Source: Hydrolagus affinis
Taxonomy: Eukaryota
Assembly (NCBI GenBank): GCA_012026655.1
Contig: JAAILG010000469.1
Span: 1-64,000 of the forward strand
Direction: 5' to 3'
Length of the DNA stretch: 64,000 nt
This document shows, one piece after another, positions 1 to 11,675 of this stretch. The position numbers and the translations under genes were made by a program. The notes below the pieces were generated by a model, which was given only the letters and a program-made list of their open reading frames with translations, made no database searches and was not told where the DNA came from. How positions within the stretch are numbered: position 1 is the stretch's first letter; each line of letters starts with the position of its first letter.

Positions 1-101
1 GATTTTTTGATATATCGATATTTTCGAAATGCCTATATCGGCGTATCGATCTGAAAATTATATCGGGTTTCAGCGATATATCGATATATCGCCGGACCCT
101 A
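1..101. mobile_element. Terminus of a non-autonomous hAT-like DNA transposon (partial, runs off window start)
   Basis: CpG-rich, repeated CGATATATCG subterminal motifs ending in ...CGCCGGACCCTA (reverse complement TAGGGTCCGGCGATATATCG), resembling TAGGG-terminated fish hAT MITEs. Confidence 0.55.
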
Positions 102-444
102 GTAGGCGCAAGGCATTACTGGGGAACGATTTTTTTAATATACGGAAACACAGTAGGGACCTCGCGCTAAACGCAATTTTTGCTTAACGAGGGGTTTTGA
201 AGTCCCATTTTACTTGGCATCTTTTCGCGCTGTAATTTTTTCGTTAAGTATCGGTAGGTTCTGGGGAAAATACTTTTTACTACAAAATACTATTTTTAGC
301 TTTCAGGAGTACTTTTTTTTTGTTAAAAAAAAGGTTGGCAGCTCTGGTTATAAGCCATGGTTTGCAAGGGTTGTCGCATTTAGCAAACCGTGGATGTATG
401 GGTTTCGTGATTGACGAGGCCGCAGTTGGGGCGGGGTACCTGTA
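102..444. mobile_element. Tc1/mariner (pogo/Tigger-like) non-autonomous element, right part
   Basis: CpG-rich block ending ...GGGGTACCTG followed by TA (443-444), i.e. a TA-CAG terminus on the minus strand; composition drops to AT-rich background right after. Confidence 0.45.
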
Positions 445-2282
445 CTTCAATTTAAATTTTCAGAATTATTATACAGTAAACGTTTTTCAGAGACTACTAC
501 TTGTGTGACTGAAAACCATAATAGGGGGGTGGATGGTGGAAGATGAGGAACTGGCATATAAACACAGGCGTCAGTGATGTGTTTACAGCTTGTGATGCAT
601 TGTGGAATCCTTTGGATGGTGGAGTTAAAAGTTTTTGTTCTGATTCTCACCCCCTGCTTTATGTGTTATAAAATGGCTCTCGCGGTCACTGTGACCAGAT
701 GATGTGGAAACAAAATGGGATTCAGAGCCAAAAATCCTTTAAAAAAAAAAACCACAACTTTGCGCTGATCATCACTATCCCAAGCCTTCGTGGGAAGTCA
801 TGCAACTGTACTTAAATTGATCCCCACAAAACACAAAAAGATTGGAAATTAGTAGTGTTCTTGCATTGTCTATGTGCATTCTGGCACAAAAAATCTATGT
901 ACTGTAAATATACTACCTGTTTTAAAGCTTTGAATTCTTATTGAAGGTGTTTGAATGATGTGTAATAACAGATCATCATCCAGGTCAGATATGAACTTGA
1001 TGAAATATATTGACAAAGTTCTCTTTCTTGACGAATCTATATACAGAATAATGTGAATATATGCTGTAGATGTAGTTCACGATTGATATACTGCGAAAAA
1101 AATCAATGAGTACAGTGTTCTCTGGAATATAATGGTCAACCTGTATGTACAAGTGATCGAAGCTATAGAGTTGATTGAAGCAATTGACACTACAGAACTG
1201 CTTCAGATAGTGCTACCGGTTTGAGCTAAGAGCATCCACTGTTTTGCTTCTTATACCCAACAAACTAAAGGCACCAATAGGGCAATTTAGATTTTCTTTT
1301 TTTTCTTGAATCAAGAAATTAACTTCTTGAAGAAATGCTGCTTGTTTTGTCAAGCATTTTTAGATTTAAATTTCTTTAAATATTGTCCTTATTCCTCTTC
1401 TATTCCTCCTCCCTCTCCAAATGTATGTATTGAATGAAATTCCATTTTAAGGTATTCCATTAGGTCTGTCATGTGTGCATTGGTTACTAAAGTGGTTACT
1501 GTCATTCTAAAATTTCTTATGTTAAGTCATTTAGGTGTAGCTCGTCTGAGTGATTTTGCTCAAAATAACTGTCTGGTGATGTGCCAGTGAATATCAAACA
1601 GTGCACACTGAAGTGCAGGATTCCCACCAGGCAATATTAATGGAAGATGAAGAAGTGATTACAAGGAATACCATCAGACAGCCATTTTGAGTTTAATCAT
1701 TCAAGCAAAATTGGTGTAATCATAGTAAATAGTACTAGGAATAGATCATACTTTTTGTTTAAAAAAAAACATGACATTTTAAATTAAAACATTTTGGGGA
1801 TCTTAGAAAACTCCTGTTTTTAATTCCATTTTTTTAGACCATCAGTGCGTGCAAAAAAAAAATAGTTAGTTAGTGTACAGTAAAAATTCTTTATCTGCTT
1901 GTGTTGGCAACGCTGAGTATTGCCTGAGGCTGAACAAATCTCAGACATTTAATGTCCATTCATGTACCAGAGAGGAGTCATGCAAGACAAAAACAAAGTG
2001 CAGCAAAAAGGAAATCTGTTTTGAAGCAAAATCTTGGGTGATTCTCATCATTTGCTATCACAATTTATAATCCACTTTAGTGCATTTTGTTTAAAAATAC
2101 AACCAGAAAATAGCATTAGAGTGGAAATACCTATTTTTCTTGTGATATGATTTTATAAGTAATGCTTCAGAAATTTCCCTAACCTCATTACCATGTATAT
2201 ACACATGTATTTTTGTGCCCATAATTTTTCAAATGTGACCAAAGATTGACAAATTTATTGTACATTTTAACACTATAAATTG

Positions 2283-2442
2283 TCATTTCAATGTTTGTGG
2301 GACACTGCTGTGAGCAATTGACTGCCGTGCTTTGCCCACATACTGTATATACAGTCAATTCACTTTACATTATATTCTGTGAAGCGGTTTGAGATGTCTA
2401 GAATGTGTGAAAAGCGCTATGTCAAGTGCAAGGATTATTATT
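2283..2442 (+). mobile_element. Deu-type SINE, 5'-truncated copy
   Basis: TTTGTGGGACACTGCTGTG..AATTG.CTGCC core and TGTGAAAAGCGCTAT..AA.TGCAAGGATTATTATTA tail shared with many other copies in the window. Confidence 0.85.
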
Positions 2443-5014
2443 AAAAGTAGACACCACTTTCATACTTTTTATTGGACAAAGATTTAAGATTTCTGTATCT
2501 GAATTGCTTTTACTGATACTTTTTGATTATAACTTGTTGTCAATCCCTCAAAATTCTGTGTTAATTCTGTGGGGATTGTTATGTGATAAAGTTGTATAAT
2601 TGTGTAGTAGCTTTATTACCAGCTGAATTAATAATGACATAATTCTGGTTGTAATCCATATTTATGTAATCATCTAATTGGTAATGGAATAGAGACTTGA
2701 CTATCTAATAGTAAAATTTATAAACAACATCCATAGTCTGTAATTGTTCAATAGCACCCATGGTGAAAGGACCTTGGTTATATGATGCTAACTTGGATGT
2801 ATTGCTCTGGGAAGTTATTTAATAATTTAGTCTAGCTTGATTTAAAAAAATTCAAGAATGCTAGATATTTTAAGGGTAGTAATGTTGCAATGATGTGATA
2901 TCTATCATACCTGTCTTGACATCTATCAAACCTGCTTCGTTCTGTTGAAAGTCCCACCCAAATATTACCTTATCTTACTTTTTCAGATGCTGATTTGACT
3001 GCTGTGTATTGCCAGCATTTTGTTTGATTTGATTTCTACAAATGCATGTCTTTCGCCCCTAAATTACTATTTAATCTGTTGTGAAATCTCTGTGGTTGGT
3101 CAGTAAACCATTCACTTTATATTGTGATTCATTTTTAAATTCCTCACGTCAGCACCAAAACACACAAGAATACAAGCTGCTGATCTGCTTTTAGGACAAG
3201 TGGAATATAAACCATCAAGATGAGTTTGCAAGGCTTTGACAAATTGCATGGTGAATCACAGCAGCCAACCTATTCCTACCAATACTGTTAAAGATTATTG
3301 GATGATAATACTACCGGTGACTGGGTCGTTGAAAGTGGTTCAGCACAGTGGTTATTCATCTCAGACGAATGGCTGTGAAGGGCTTTTCTTGTTTGCATTT
3401 AGGCTTCAAAGATCCACTAAGAAATTCAATGTAGAATCATATAACTACTCCCAATTCAGCAGTAATCTGTTCTCAGAGTTCATACGACAGCTGGTGTGGG
3501 AAGGAGAAATGGTTCTCAGCATTTCCGAGTTTTGTATTGAGGCAGTTTATTGAGAATAGAGCATAGGGAACTTTGATCTGCATTTATGCTTTGTTTGACT
3601 TGAATATGCTTCAGGCTGAAAATGGAAAGTGTTCCAATTTCCTACCCCTTTACATTTGAGTGAATATTTACCCACCAAGAGCTCAATATACTTTCAATTA
3701 CTTCACTACTGTTACCCAGACAAATGCACAAGAAATCTTCCAATGGTTTTTTATTAGTCTTTAGAGTACGTATGGACCGTCTTAACAGCAATTCTAGTCT
3801 TCAGCCTAAATTCACCTCTAATTTGGGAATTGAAGGTAAAACAGGATGTAAAGCAATCTGGTGTGGTCAGAGGTGCTTGTATGAGGAAATTAAGACATAC
3901 TTTCAATCTTGCCTGAGAGAGTTCAAAATTACTACTACCTTCTGCTAAATGTGAAGAATGCAAGCCTATTTTAAAAAAAAATATGTTTTCTATCTTGGTG
4001 CACAGAGTTTCTGCTGTGGAATTTAGAATTGCCTTGGGGTTATGAACAATAACTAGTTTTGAAAACAGTCTTGCACTTCCATAATTTTGATAGAAAAATG
4101 TGGTTTAGAAGTGAATTGTGGTTTGCACGTATATTCAGGAATTTATTGCAGTGTTTGAATTAATTCTGATAGTTTTTGAGGTGATTTGGTAAATATCTCA
4201 TTTTCATCAAATTGACCCCAAATTTAACAAGCTGTTAAGTATTAGGGATTTGTGGCCATTTATTCCTTGTATGGGAAATATTGCAGAACTGTTAAACTAG
4301 GCTTATGTATAATTTATAAGCAGTTTGAGTTTATTGTACTGAGAAATAATTGCTAAGCAACAGGACAGCACTTGGAAAAGAGTCATTGGACACAGGTTTG
4401 TTTCCTCTTTCGGATTAGTTCCTGCTGATCTCAACCTCATCGCTGTGGAGAGATGCAGAGTAGAAGTCCCTGTGGGGTTTGAAGATGGGCAGGAAAATCC
4501 TCTCCAGAGTTTCTTGTGCATCTCCTTGTCATTAAAAAAGAACTGGTTATTTTTGGAAATGCCTGGCTGCATTATGACAAAGCTTTTAACATGATATCTT
4601 GCAAACCTAATTCTTAGTTGGTTTCTGGCGTTGATGTGTGGTTTCCTATACAGTCATAACCGCCATCTCAACATACTAATTTAGGAACACCACTTACCTT
4701 AACAACCTTCCGTGCTAACAGATGTTTATCCTTGACCATGTCCTGTTTGATTTTAAAAGTAGTCCCAATTGTTTTTCTAGGTCACTCAAACCAATAGCAC
4801 ATTTGTTGCACTGCTGGCTCGTGAATTTATAGTGTCGTTACTTAAATCATGTCTGGAGGCTATTATATATACTGAGCGTATTCTCTATTGAGCATTGCCA
4901 CAATATATTTATGCAGAACTCAACTATTTATTTTGAGTGGATGTTGAAGCAGTACCTGATCAGCATTTACGTAGATCAGGTTTTGTTTGTTCTTGAGAGG
5001 GTTTACAATATTGA

Positions 5015-5077
5015 ACGCCTTGGGGCGTCCTCCTGACGTGAAAGGAGCTATACAAGTGTAATTTTGTTATTGTTGTT
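5015..5077 (+). mobile_element. L2-type retroposon 3' tail fragment
   Basis: CGCCTTGGGGCGTCCTCCTGACGTGAAAGGAGCTATA..TTGTTGTTG, same tail as 33095-33369 and 49615-50040. Confidence 0.7.
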
Positions 5078-6466
5078 GAATTATTTTGTAAATTTATTAC
5101 ATTTAATTCAGATTACAGTGAAATGCCGATGAGTGCATGACATAAATACTTGCGATAATGTCATCATATCTCAAGTAAATACATGATATCATCGCTCTGG
5201 TAATCGTTTACAAATGCTGAAAATATTGCTGAAGTATCACACTTTGACTGTTTCCATGGTATAAATCAGATTTGATATAGTTTTGCTTTTCCACACTCAA
5301 AGAGTTGCTGTTTGATGTTGCTGACCAATTTAGGTTGTGACATCCACTGTAAATTAACAAATACCACAATTGTGCTCAATATGATTAAAAGCAACCATTT
5401 TCTACAGGTTTTTGCGTGGACATTGATTCGATTATTTTATATGCCAGCTTCTTGTTTTTAGATCTATTCTTAAATCTTCTCCTGAAAATTGAGTGGCTAA
5501 TATCATTTTCTAAATCAATATGGTCAAGAAACTTGAGTTTACTTTCCTTCATGCTCAACTACATTTTATAAACAGACTTTTTTTTTGCAAATTATGATCT
5601 TATCTTGTGTTATTGCTGCACTGGAAGGAAATCTCTTGTTCGTACAATTAATTATATGATCCAAAGTCAGTAAACCAATCCAAGGAGCACAGTTTGTTTA
5701 TATGGCCTAAAATTCTCCCCAAACTGACTGAAAATTATCCATTGTTGGAGGTGCCACGTTCTGGCATTCCACATACTCCCAACGCCAAACTCTTCTAACA
5801 TGTAGCAACGCTGTGATGAACACAACCTCACAGTCCTTGCTGACTTTCAGTGGCTAGGAAGAACAACTTTGACTCAGATCGTTTGAATCCAGTGAACAGA
5901 AGGTAACTTATTCGCTCTCATCTGCTTGCGGGATTCAAACATTTTCAGTGTTGGTACTGACCTTTATTTTTGAACAATTCTAGTTCAATAAAATGCATAA
6001 TTTGCAGTAGCAATATCTCATAAAATGTAGAAGATTTTTTGGGGCCCAGATAAGCTGGAAAAATGAAATGTTGAAGTATGACCAACGTGGCCACAAATGT
6101 TTTTCTGTGGAATTTTTTTTTAAAAAAGACTAGCAATGTAATGACTTTCCCTCCTGGTTCTACTGTTTGTTGCTCTTTCTTCCTAGGAAAGGTTGATTTC
6201 TGCTATCAACTTGCTTGTTGCCAGCAGCATGTAGCAGCATTTTAGTTTCAACTCTACAATTTGTAAAATGGTGGCGCACATTTTACACTGCAAAATCTGC
6301 TTTGCTTTTGACATTTTCTCAGAATACCTGATTGTGGTTTTTTTCAATTACTCGGAATATTTTATGATGGGGATTTTATCCAAAATAATGGGATCAGTCC
6401 AGAAAATGTTAAGTTTTCAAGCAGCTTGTTTTTCCATTTAGTAATGCAATTTTATGTTCATAATAG

Positions 6467-6544
6467 GTTTGAACAGTGAAGGATTATATCGTGTGAGTGG
6501 AAACAAGACTGATCAAGACAACATTCAAAGGCAATTTGATCAAG
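6467..6544 (+). CDS. ARHGAP5: Rho GTPase-activating protein 5 (p190-B), RhoGAP domain exon carrying the arginine finger
   Basis: AG/GT-flanked 78-nt phase 1-1 exon encoding (G)LNSEGLYRVSGNKTDQDNIQRQFDQ; splices in frame to 9449. Confidence 0.96.
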
Positions 6545-7543
6545 GTAATATTTAATAGTCTTTCTGTACTTCCTAGCTGTACAGCTAACATTGTGAACTC
6601 TCTTGTAGGAAATTGCCTGCGCCAACTTTTGTGTACCCAAAATTACAGCCATTTGGTTTCCATAAAATTCTTGGATGTTAGGCTATTGTAAACACTATTC
6701 TATTGTTTATTTAATTATACTCATTTTTGTGAAGGTACAATTTTAAAATCCACCAGTACTTCCCATTTCTATATTAATGAAGTGTAGTTGTCTGTTTTAA
6801 GTCTCCCAGCTGCCTGATCTTTATTTTACTGGCGTTTCTTATTGACACCTATCAAATTTCATCAAGGCAAGTGAATGCAATTGGTACAGCCAGCATTCTC
6901 ACTAACTCTACAGGTCTTGTTAAAATGAGAACAATTGTGCAGTTCTAATTTGCAAGTAGATTAAGAATGAGAAAAGGTCATTCAGCTCACTCTGACACCC
7001 AGGTCCTCGATCATTATAACATAAGGATTCCATTAATGAAATGAGGATCCTTTTACAGAGAAAAGTGTATTCTGTGGCTTCTGCATAAATGCTTATTCTG
7101 TACATAGTAGTACAATGCTAAACTGTCTGCTGATTAGTGCTGGTAAAGGCATCATTAACATTGAACTTTTATCTATTTGTGGGCTGTTCCATTTAATTGG
7201 ATTCTATTGGATTTACTGTATCTGCTTATTGATTGACCCGACTATGTGTAGAAACACCCAGCACAGCTCAGTCAAAAGAGAGTAAATGTAATTTGACACA
7301 AGGTCTTGGTGTAACATTTCCTGGTGGAGGCAGCTGAGCTAATGAAGACATTGATACTTTAATTGGTGTTAATGTTCACATAAATGCACTTAGCTGGCTT
7401 GAGTTTGAATACATTATTGTTAGGAGTAAAATAGTTTCAAGCTTGAATACCAAATATTTCTACACTTGGAAGAAAAATGCAGAAATGTAAACAGTAGGTC
7501 CAATTCTACACCAAATTGCTGCATTACTGGAGATAATAAACAT

Positions 7544-8008
7544 AAATAATAATCCTTGCATTTATTATAGTACTTTTCATGCCTTTTACAACAACAACTT
7601 TGCTTTATATAGTGCCCTCCACACCAGGTGACATCTCAGAGCGCTTCACAATAACGGATCCCGGGGCTGAGATAGGGGCAGGGTGAAAAAGGTGACCGAA
7701 GACACAGTCAAAAAGAAATGTCTTTAGCCGAGACCTGAAACTTTTAGACATTTCAAAGTGCTTTACAGAATATACTGTAAAGTGAATTGACTGTATATTT
7801 GTGGGCGAAACACAGCAGCCAATTGCACACAGCAGTGTCCCACAAACAGTCATGGATTGATGTGCCATTTTTTATTGTTTTTTTTTCTGGTGGGAATATT
7901 ATCAGGCATGTGGGGTAAGGAAACTTGCCCAAGGTTTTGTCCTGCTGGGAATCTAATCCAGGATTCTCGCTTGCAAGGCGTGCTCTAACCACTGAGTTGC
8001 AGGACTCC
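7544..8008 (-). mobile_element. Full-length tRNA-derived Deu-type SINE interrupted by a LINE fragment
   Basis: Minus strand begins GGAGTCCTGCAACTCAGTGGTTAGAGC (A box), then Deu-like core; the (ATT)n tail at 7544-7588 is separated from the body by the 7589-7740 insert. Confidence 0.85.
7589..7740 (-). mobile_element. L2-like LINE 3' end inserted in a SINE
   Basis: (CAA)n tail on + strand, minus strand reads ..TTTCAGGTCTCGGCTAAAGACATTTCTTTTTGAC (FRSRLKTFLFD, typical L2 ORF2 end); flanked by CTTTTA at 7583-7588 and 7741-7746. Confidence 0.75.
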
Positions 8009-8929
8009 ACAATTGAACACAGTTACACAATTGGATTTTGTATTCAGTGGCTTTCGTCTCATATTTATTTTAATTTGCATTTACAAGTGTACATTTGATG
8101 TTAAAAATCTAAAATGGCAATGAAATTATTCATAAATACAGCTCTTTTCTCTAGAGGGTTGTCTATATTAAAGGCCCACATTGAAAAGTGTTTCCAAACA
8201 TTCATTTGCCATTACATTGCAGCTATGTGATTGGTGGCTGTGCTGTAATTTTACCTCAGGAAATTCTGCCACGTTTTCCTGAGGTGAGACTTGATGCGGT
8301 CCTTAATGGCAACAACATTCAGCACAGCAGGACGAGTGTTTCGCCTCCCTTTGCTGCTTTGTGGTCTGCTGGAGATCATTGTTTTGGTTTGGGTGAACTT
8401 TCAATCTTTTTCAGGTCAGCCGTGCAAAAATTGGAAAAACTCGGTCAGAAAATTAAATTGTGATTTACAGATTGCTGTGTGGTGGGATTTGGCATTTTGT
8501 ACGTCTGCAGTGATTTGCATGATAGTATAAGCAGCCTCAGGCTACTTCAGAAACTGTTTTATGTGTTAAAGTGTTTTGTTGATAAAATAATGCATTATTA
8601 TTCAATAAGAAACAGACCCATTTTGGAAGAAACAATTAAATTATTCTACAGGTTTGTTTTATTGTTCATAGGGGAAAAGGGATGACTTCAACAGGAAGTT
8701 GCATTCACTTTTTGCATTCAGTTAATGCCACCCTTTAATAGTACAGTGTTTGCTGAGAACATGACTTGATAAAAGAAGCTGACAAGGATGGTGTATATTT
8801 TTCAGAAAAGTAAACTATGCGTAGAAGAGTATTGTACATGGACTTCAGTTATCAGTCACTTTTGTATAATGCCACAGGCATGGAACTGAATAATTCTGTT
8901 TTTTAATATGTGTATATTTATTTATGTTT

Positions 8930-8985
8930 TAGATATTGATTCTGCATTTTACATATATATACATAAAATGCAGAATCAACATCTA
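8930..8985. repeat. Inverted repeat, 22-bp arms with 12-nt spacer
   Basis: TAGATATTGATTCTGCATTTTA (8930-8951) vs TAAAATGCAGAATCAACATCTA (8964-8985), 21/22 complementary. Confidence 0.9.
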
Positions 8986-9448
8986 GATTTGACTTTAGAT
9001 TTAAACAGGAGTCGTATCCAGCTTTGGCAACTCAGTCACAACACTGGGATGTTTTGCATTGCTGCTTGACACTTAACTGGCTGCCTGCTGATTTTATTGA
9101 TGTAAGAAAACACATTTCTATTTGGAAAATATTGCAATGCTTTCTCATAGATTTACCTCTAAAACTCCCGAATGATTACTCCGCAGGGCTTCCTCCAAAA
9201 TGCTTGTACAACATCTGATTTGGTGCATTTTCTGTTCATGGTTGTTTTCTTGCAGGAAGGATAGTTTGACAGATACATCTGGTTTAGTTAAGAGTTCCAA
9301 TTAAGGTCTTGGTGTACTACAATGTTTCTTCATGTAACAGAATTGTAGAAACATTTGATTTACAGGTATTCCTTATTTCTTACAGTCATGTACTTATGTA
9401 CAGTGGCAGCAGTCACTTTTTCTTATATTCTTTTATTCTGTGTTGCAG

Positions 9449-9580
9449 ACCATAACATTGATCTTGTTGCAATGGATGTAACAGTAAATGCAGTGGCAGG
9501 AGCTCTCAAGGCATTTTTTTCTGATTTGCCGGAACCGCTTATCCCTTACAATCTACATTCCGAGCTGGTGGAAGCAGCGA
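9449..9580 (+). CDS. ARHGAP5: ARHGAP5 RhoGAP domain exon
   Basis: ttgcag/GTAAGT-flanked 132-nt exon: (D)[43 protein letters not shown]. Confidence 0.97.
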
Positions 9581-10013
9581 GTAAGTTAACACAGTAACCA
9601 GTTGTGATTCTTCTACAGTACATTTATGTAGAAACATTCTCTTAACCTGTATATTAATTTTATTATCTTCTCACATGAGACTGCTATAGTTAATCAGAGG
9701 AACCCTGCTATAACATGATTTAAAATAATACTTGTCTTGCCAATAACATAAGGTCTTTTCGCCATTAGAACCTGAGTGGGCGTTCAGGGAGGGTGGAAGG
9801 CAGTGCTAGGGAGGGTGGAAGGTGGTGCTAGGAAGGGGCACAATTGATGAGGACGATCTTGAGACATTCTCAAATATCTGTTTTCATATCTGGCTATATC
9901 CAAATATCTGCCAGGCAGAAAGGTCCATAATGTGCAATGCACCAAACCCAACTTCTGTTGGAATGGAAAATCTAAATACATTTGTAACTACAATTAATTC
10001 CAGTCGTGATTCT

Positions 10014-10085
10014 ATCGCCTGGGGACGTCCTCCTGACGCTCTATATTTGTGTGAATGGCGCTCTATAAATGTAATGTTGTTGTTA
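10014..10085 (+). mobile_element. L2-type retroposon 3' tail fragment
   Basis: CGCCTGGGGACGTCCTCCTGACG..GGCGCTCTATAAATGTAATGTTGTTGTT. Confidence 0.65.
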
Positions 10086-10861
10086 TATCCTAAAATCAAG
10101 TCAATATCCATGGAAAGATCCCAATCCCTTGATATTTTCTTGGTATTTTTTGCTGAACAACATTCTCAGTGTTATGACTGAGTTGCTCCAAATTCAATAA
10201 GAACCGAGGTGGACCAGAATGTGTCTGTGGTGGGTTTTTAAATTTGTTTCCATCCCCTCAAAAGGACAATTTAAAAACTAATTATGCCCACATGCAAAAT
10301 AGAAGCAGAGAGACAGAAGAAGAAACGTAAGTCAAATATTTCAGTTAGAAAAAATTTAAATACAACGACCAGCATTTATATACCGCCCTTCCTTTCCTGA
10401 TTGGTAAAAAGATTAAATTGAATACTGTAGTTCAAATTGAAATTTCACTTTGCTGTTTGCTTCTCCAGGCAAGTGAATGGACAAAGTAGTGATGTTAAGT
10501 ACTGTACGTTGAGGGAAAGTGGGGGGATCCGGCTTGATTTTTTGTCCAGTGGTTTGAAGGGATATTGTTCCCATTTGTTTCTGGTTTGTGGCACTTAATT
10601 CTGTTAAGTTCAGAAAATATTGTTCAAACAATAAAGACATTGCAAAAAGTAAATATCAAAGAACAAGTTGGTCGTGTTCATGTAACATAAGTGCATGCTT
10701 TAACTGTACTGATAACACTTAAAACTAGTTATTCTCGGACCAATAGAAATGTCATTGTGTTTATCAGCATAATCCACAAATAACAACTGCTGTTAAATGA
10801 CAAACGTGCAGTAAACTTGTACGGGCACAGTTGATAGTAATTGTTTTTTTTTCTGTCTCAG

Positions 10862-10967
10862 AATATACTGACAGGTCAGAAAAGCTGAATGTTCTTCAGG
10901 ATTTGTTGAAGAAATTTCCTGTGGTAAACTATGAAGTTTTCAAATACGTTATTGCTCATTTAAATAG
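10862..10967 (+). CDS. ARHGAP5: ARHGAP5 penultimate exon
   Basis: Polypyrimidine tract + CAG, GTAGGT donor; 106 nt: (K)[34 protein letters not shown](R). Confidence 0.96.
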
Positions 10968-11554
10968 GTAGGTTGAATGCTTCCTAAAAAATATTTTTTA
11001 TTGTGTAAAATAATCCTTGCATTTGTCATTTTAAAAGGTATTCAAGCTTTGCCAGTTAGAATCAAATGTCAGTGTTGGAGGTGGTTTAATTTGTAATCCT
11101 GATTTTAAAATTGCTGTGAATTTTTGAACTGAGTGATATCCAAACTGTCAATCATGCATAGTAATCTGTGGATATGTATGGTGAATGGCATCCACAAGAG
11201 TTTCATTATAAATTCCATTCTACCTAAACAATATTAATCCAGTATTTAAAAGTAAGAAATCATACCTGCAGTATCCCTTTAAGATGTTATTACGTAAATT
11301 ACTTGAATTCTTCCCCTGGGGATATGAAGCTTAAAAACCGTGCAACTGAATTCTATATCAAAATCCAGCGTTTCTGCCCCTCATTTTCTTCAGGAAACAA
11401 AAAGCGAATAACGTGCTTTTCTTCTGTATGTTTTGGGGAATCTTACGCTTGTACAAACATTGGAATGTACGGGATCGGAAATGATCATTGTGGTCAATCT
11501 GTCCGATCCTGAAGTAGATTCCCAGAAATTTAAACAAAGAGAATAAACCTACAG

Positions 11555-11675
11555 TAATCTATCTGATACCTCCTTCCCCAAATATATTTCTAATTTCCTT
11601 CAAAATTACTTACACCGTCTACCTCCACCGTCTCCTTGAGTAATCTGTTCCATATGTTCACCACTGTGTAAAATA
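11555..11675 (-). mobile_element. Degenerate CR1 LINE 3' region
   Basis: ..TATTTCTAATTTCCTTCAAAA..CTACCTCCACC..GTAATCTGTTCCATATGTTCACCACTGTGTAAAA resembles the antisense of the CR1 ORF2 end (VVN.WN.L). Confidence 0.55.

Noticed and set aside
445-6466. Preceding ARHGAP5 exon (YFG.PL...IP.FVEKC)
   Set aside because: Not found by eye; presumably upstream of the window
7753-8010. Family of similar small ORFs (LVISIHDCLWDTAV..., also 21103, 38566, 41779, 61954)
   Set aside because: Translations of the same SINE, not a gene family
9355-9597. 80-aa ORF with hydrophobic N-terminus (signal peptide-like)
   Set aside because: The hydrophobic part is the translated intron end and polypyrimidine tract; only 9449-9580 is exon
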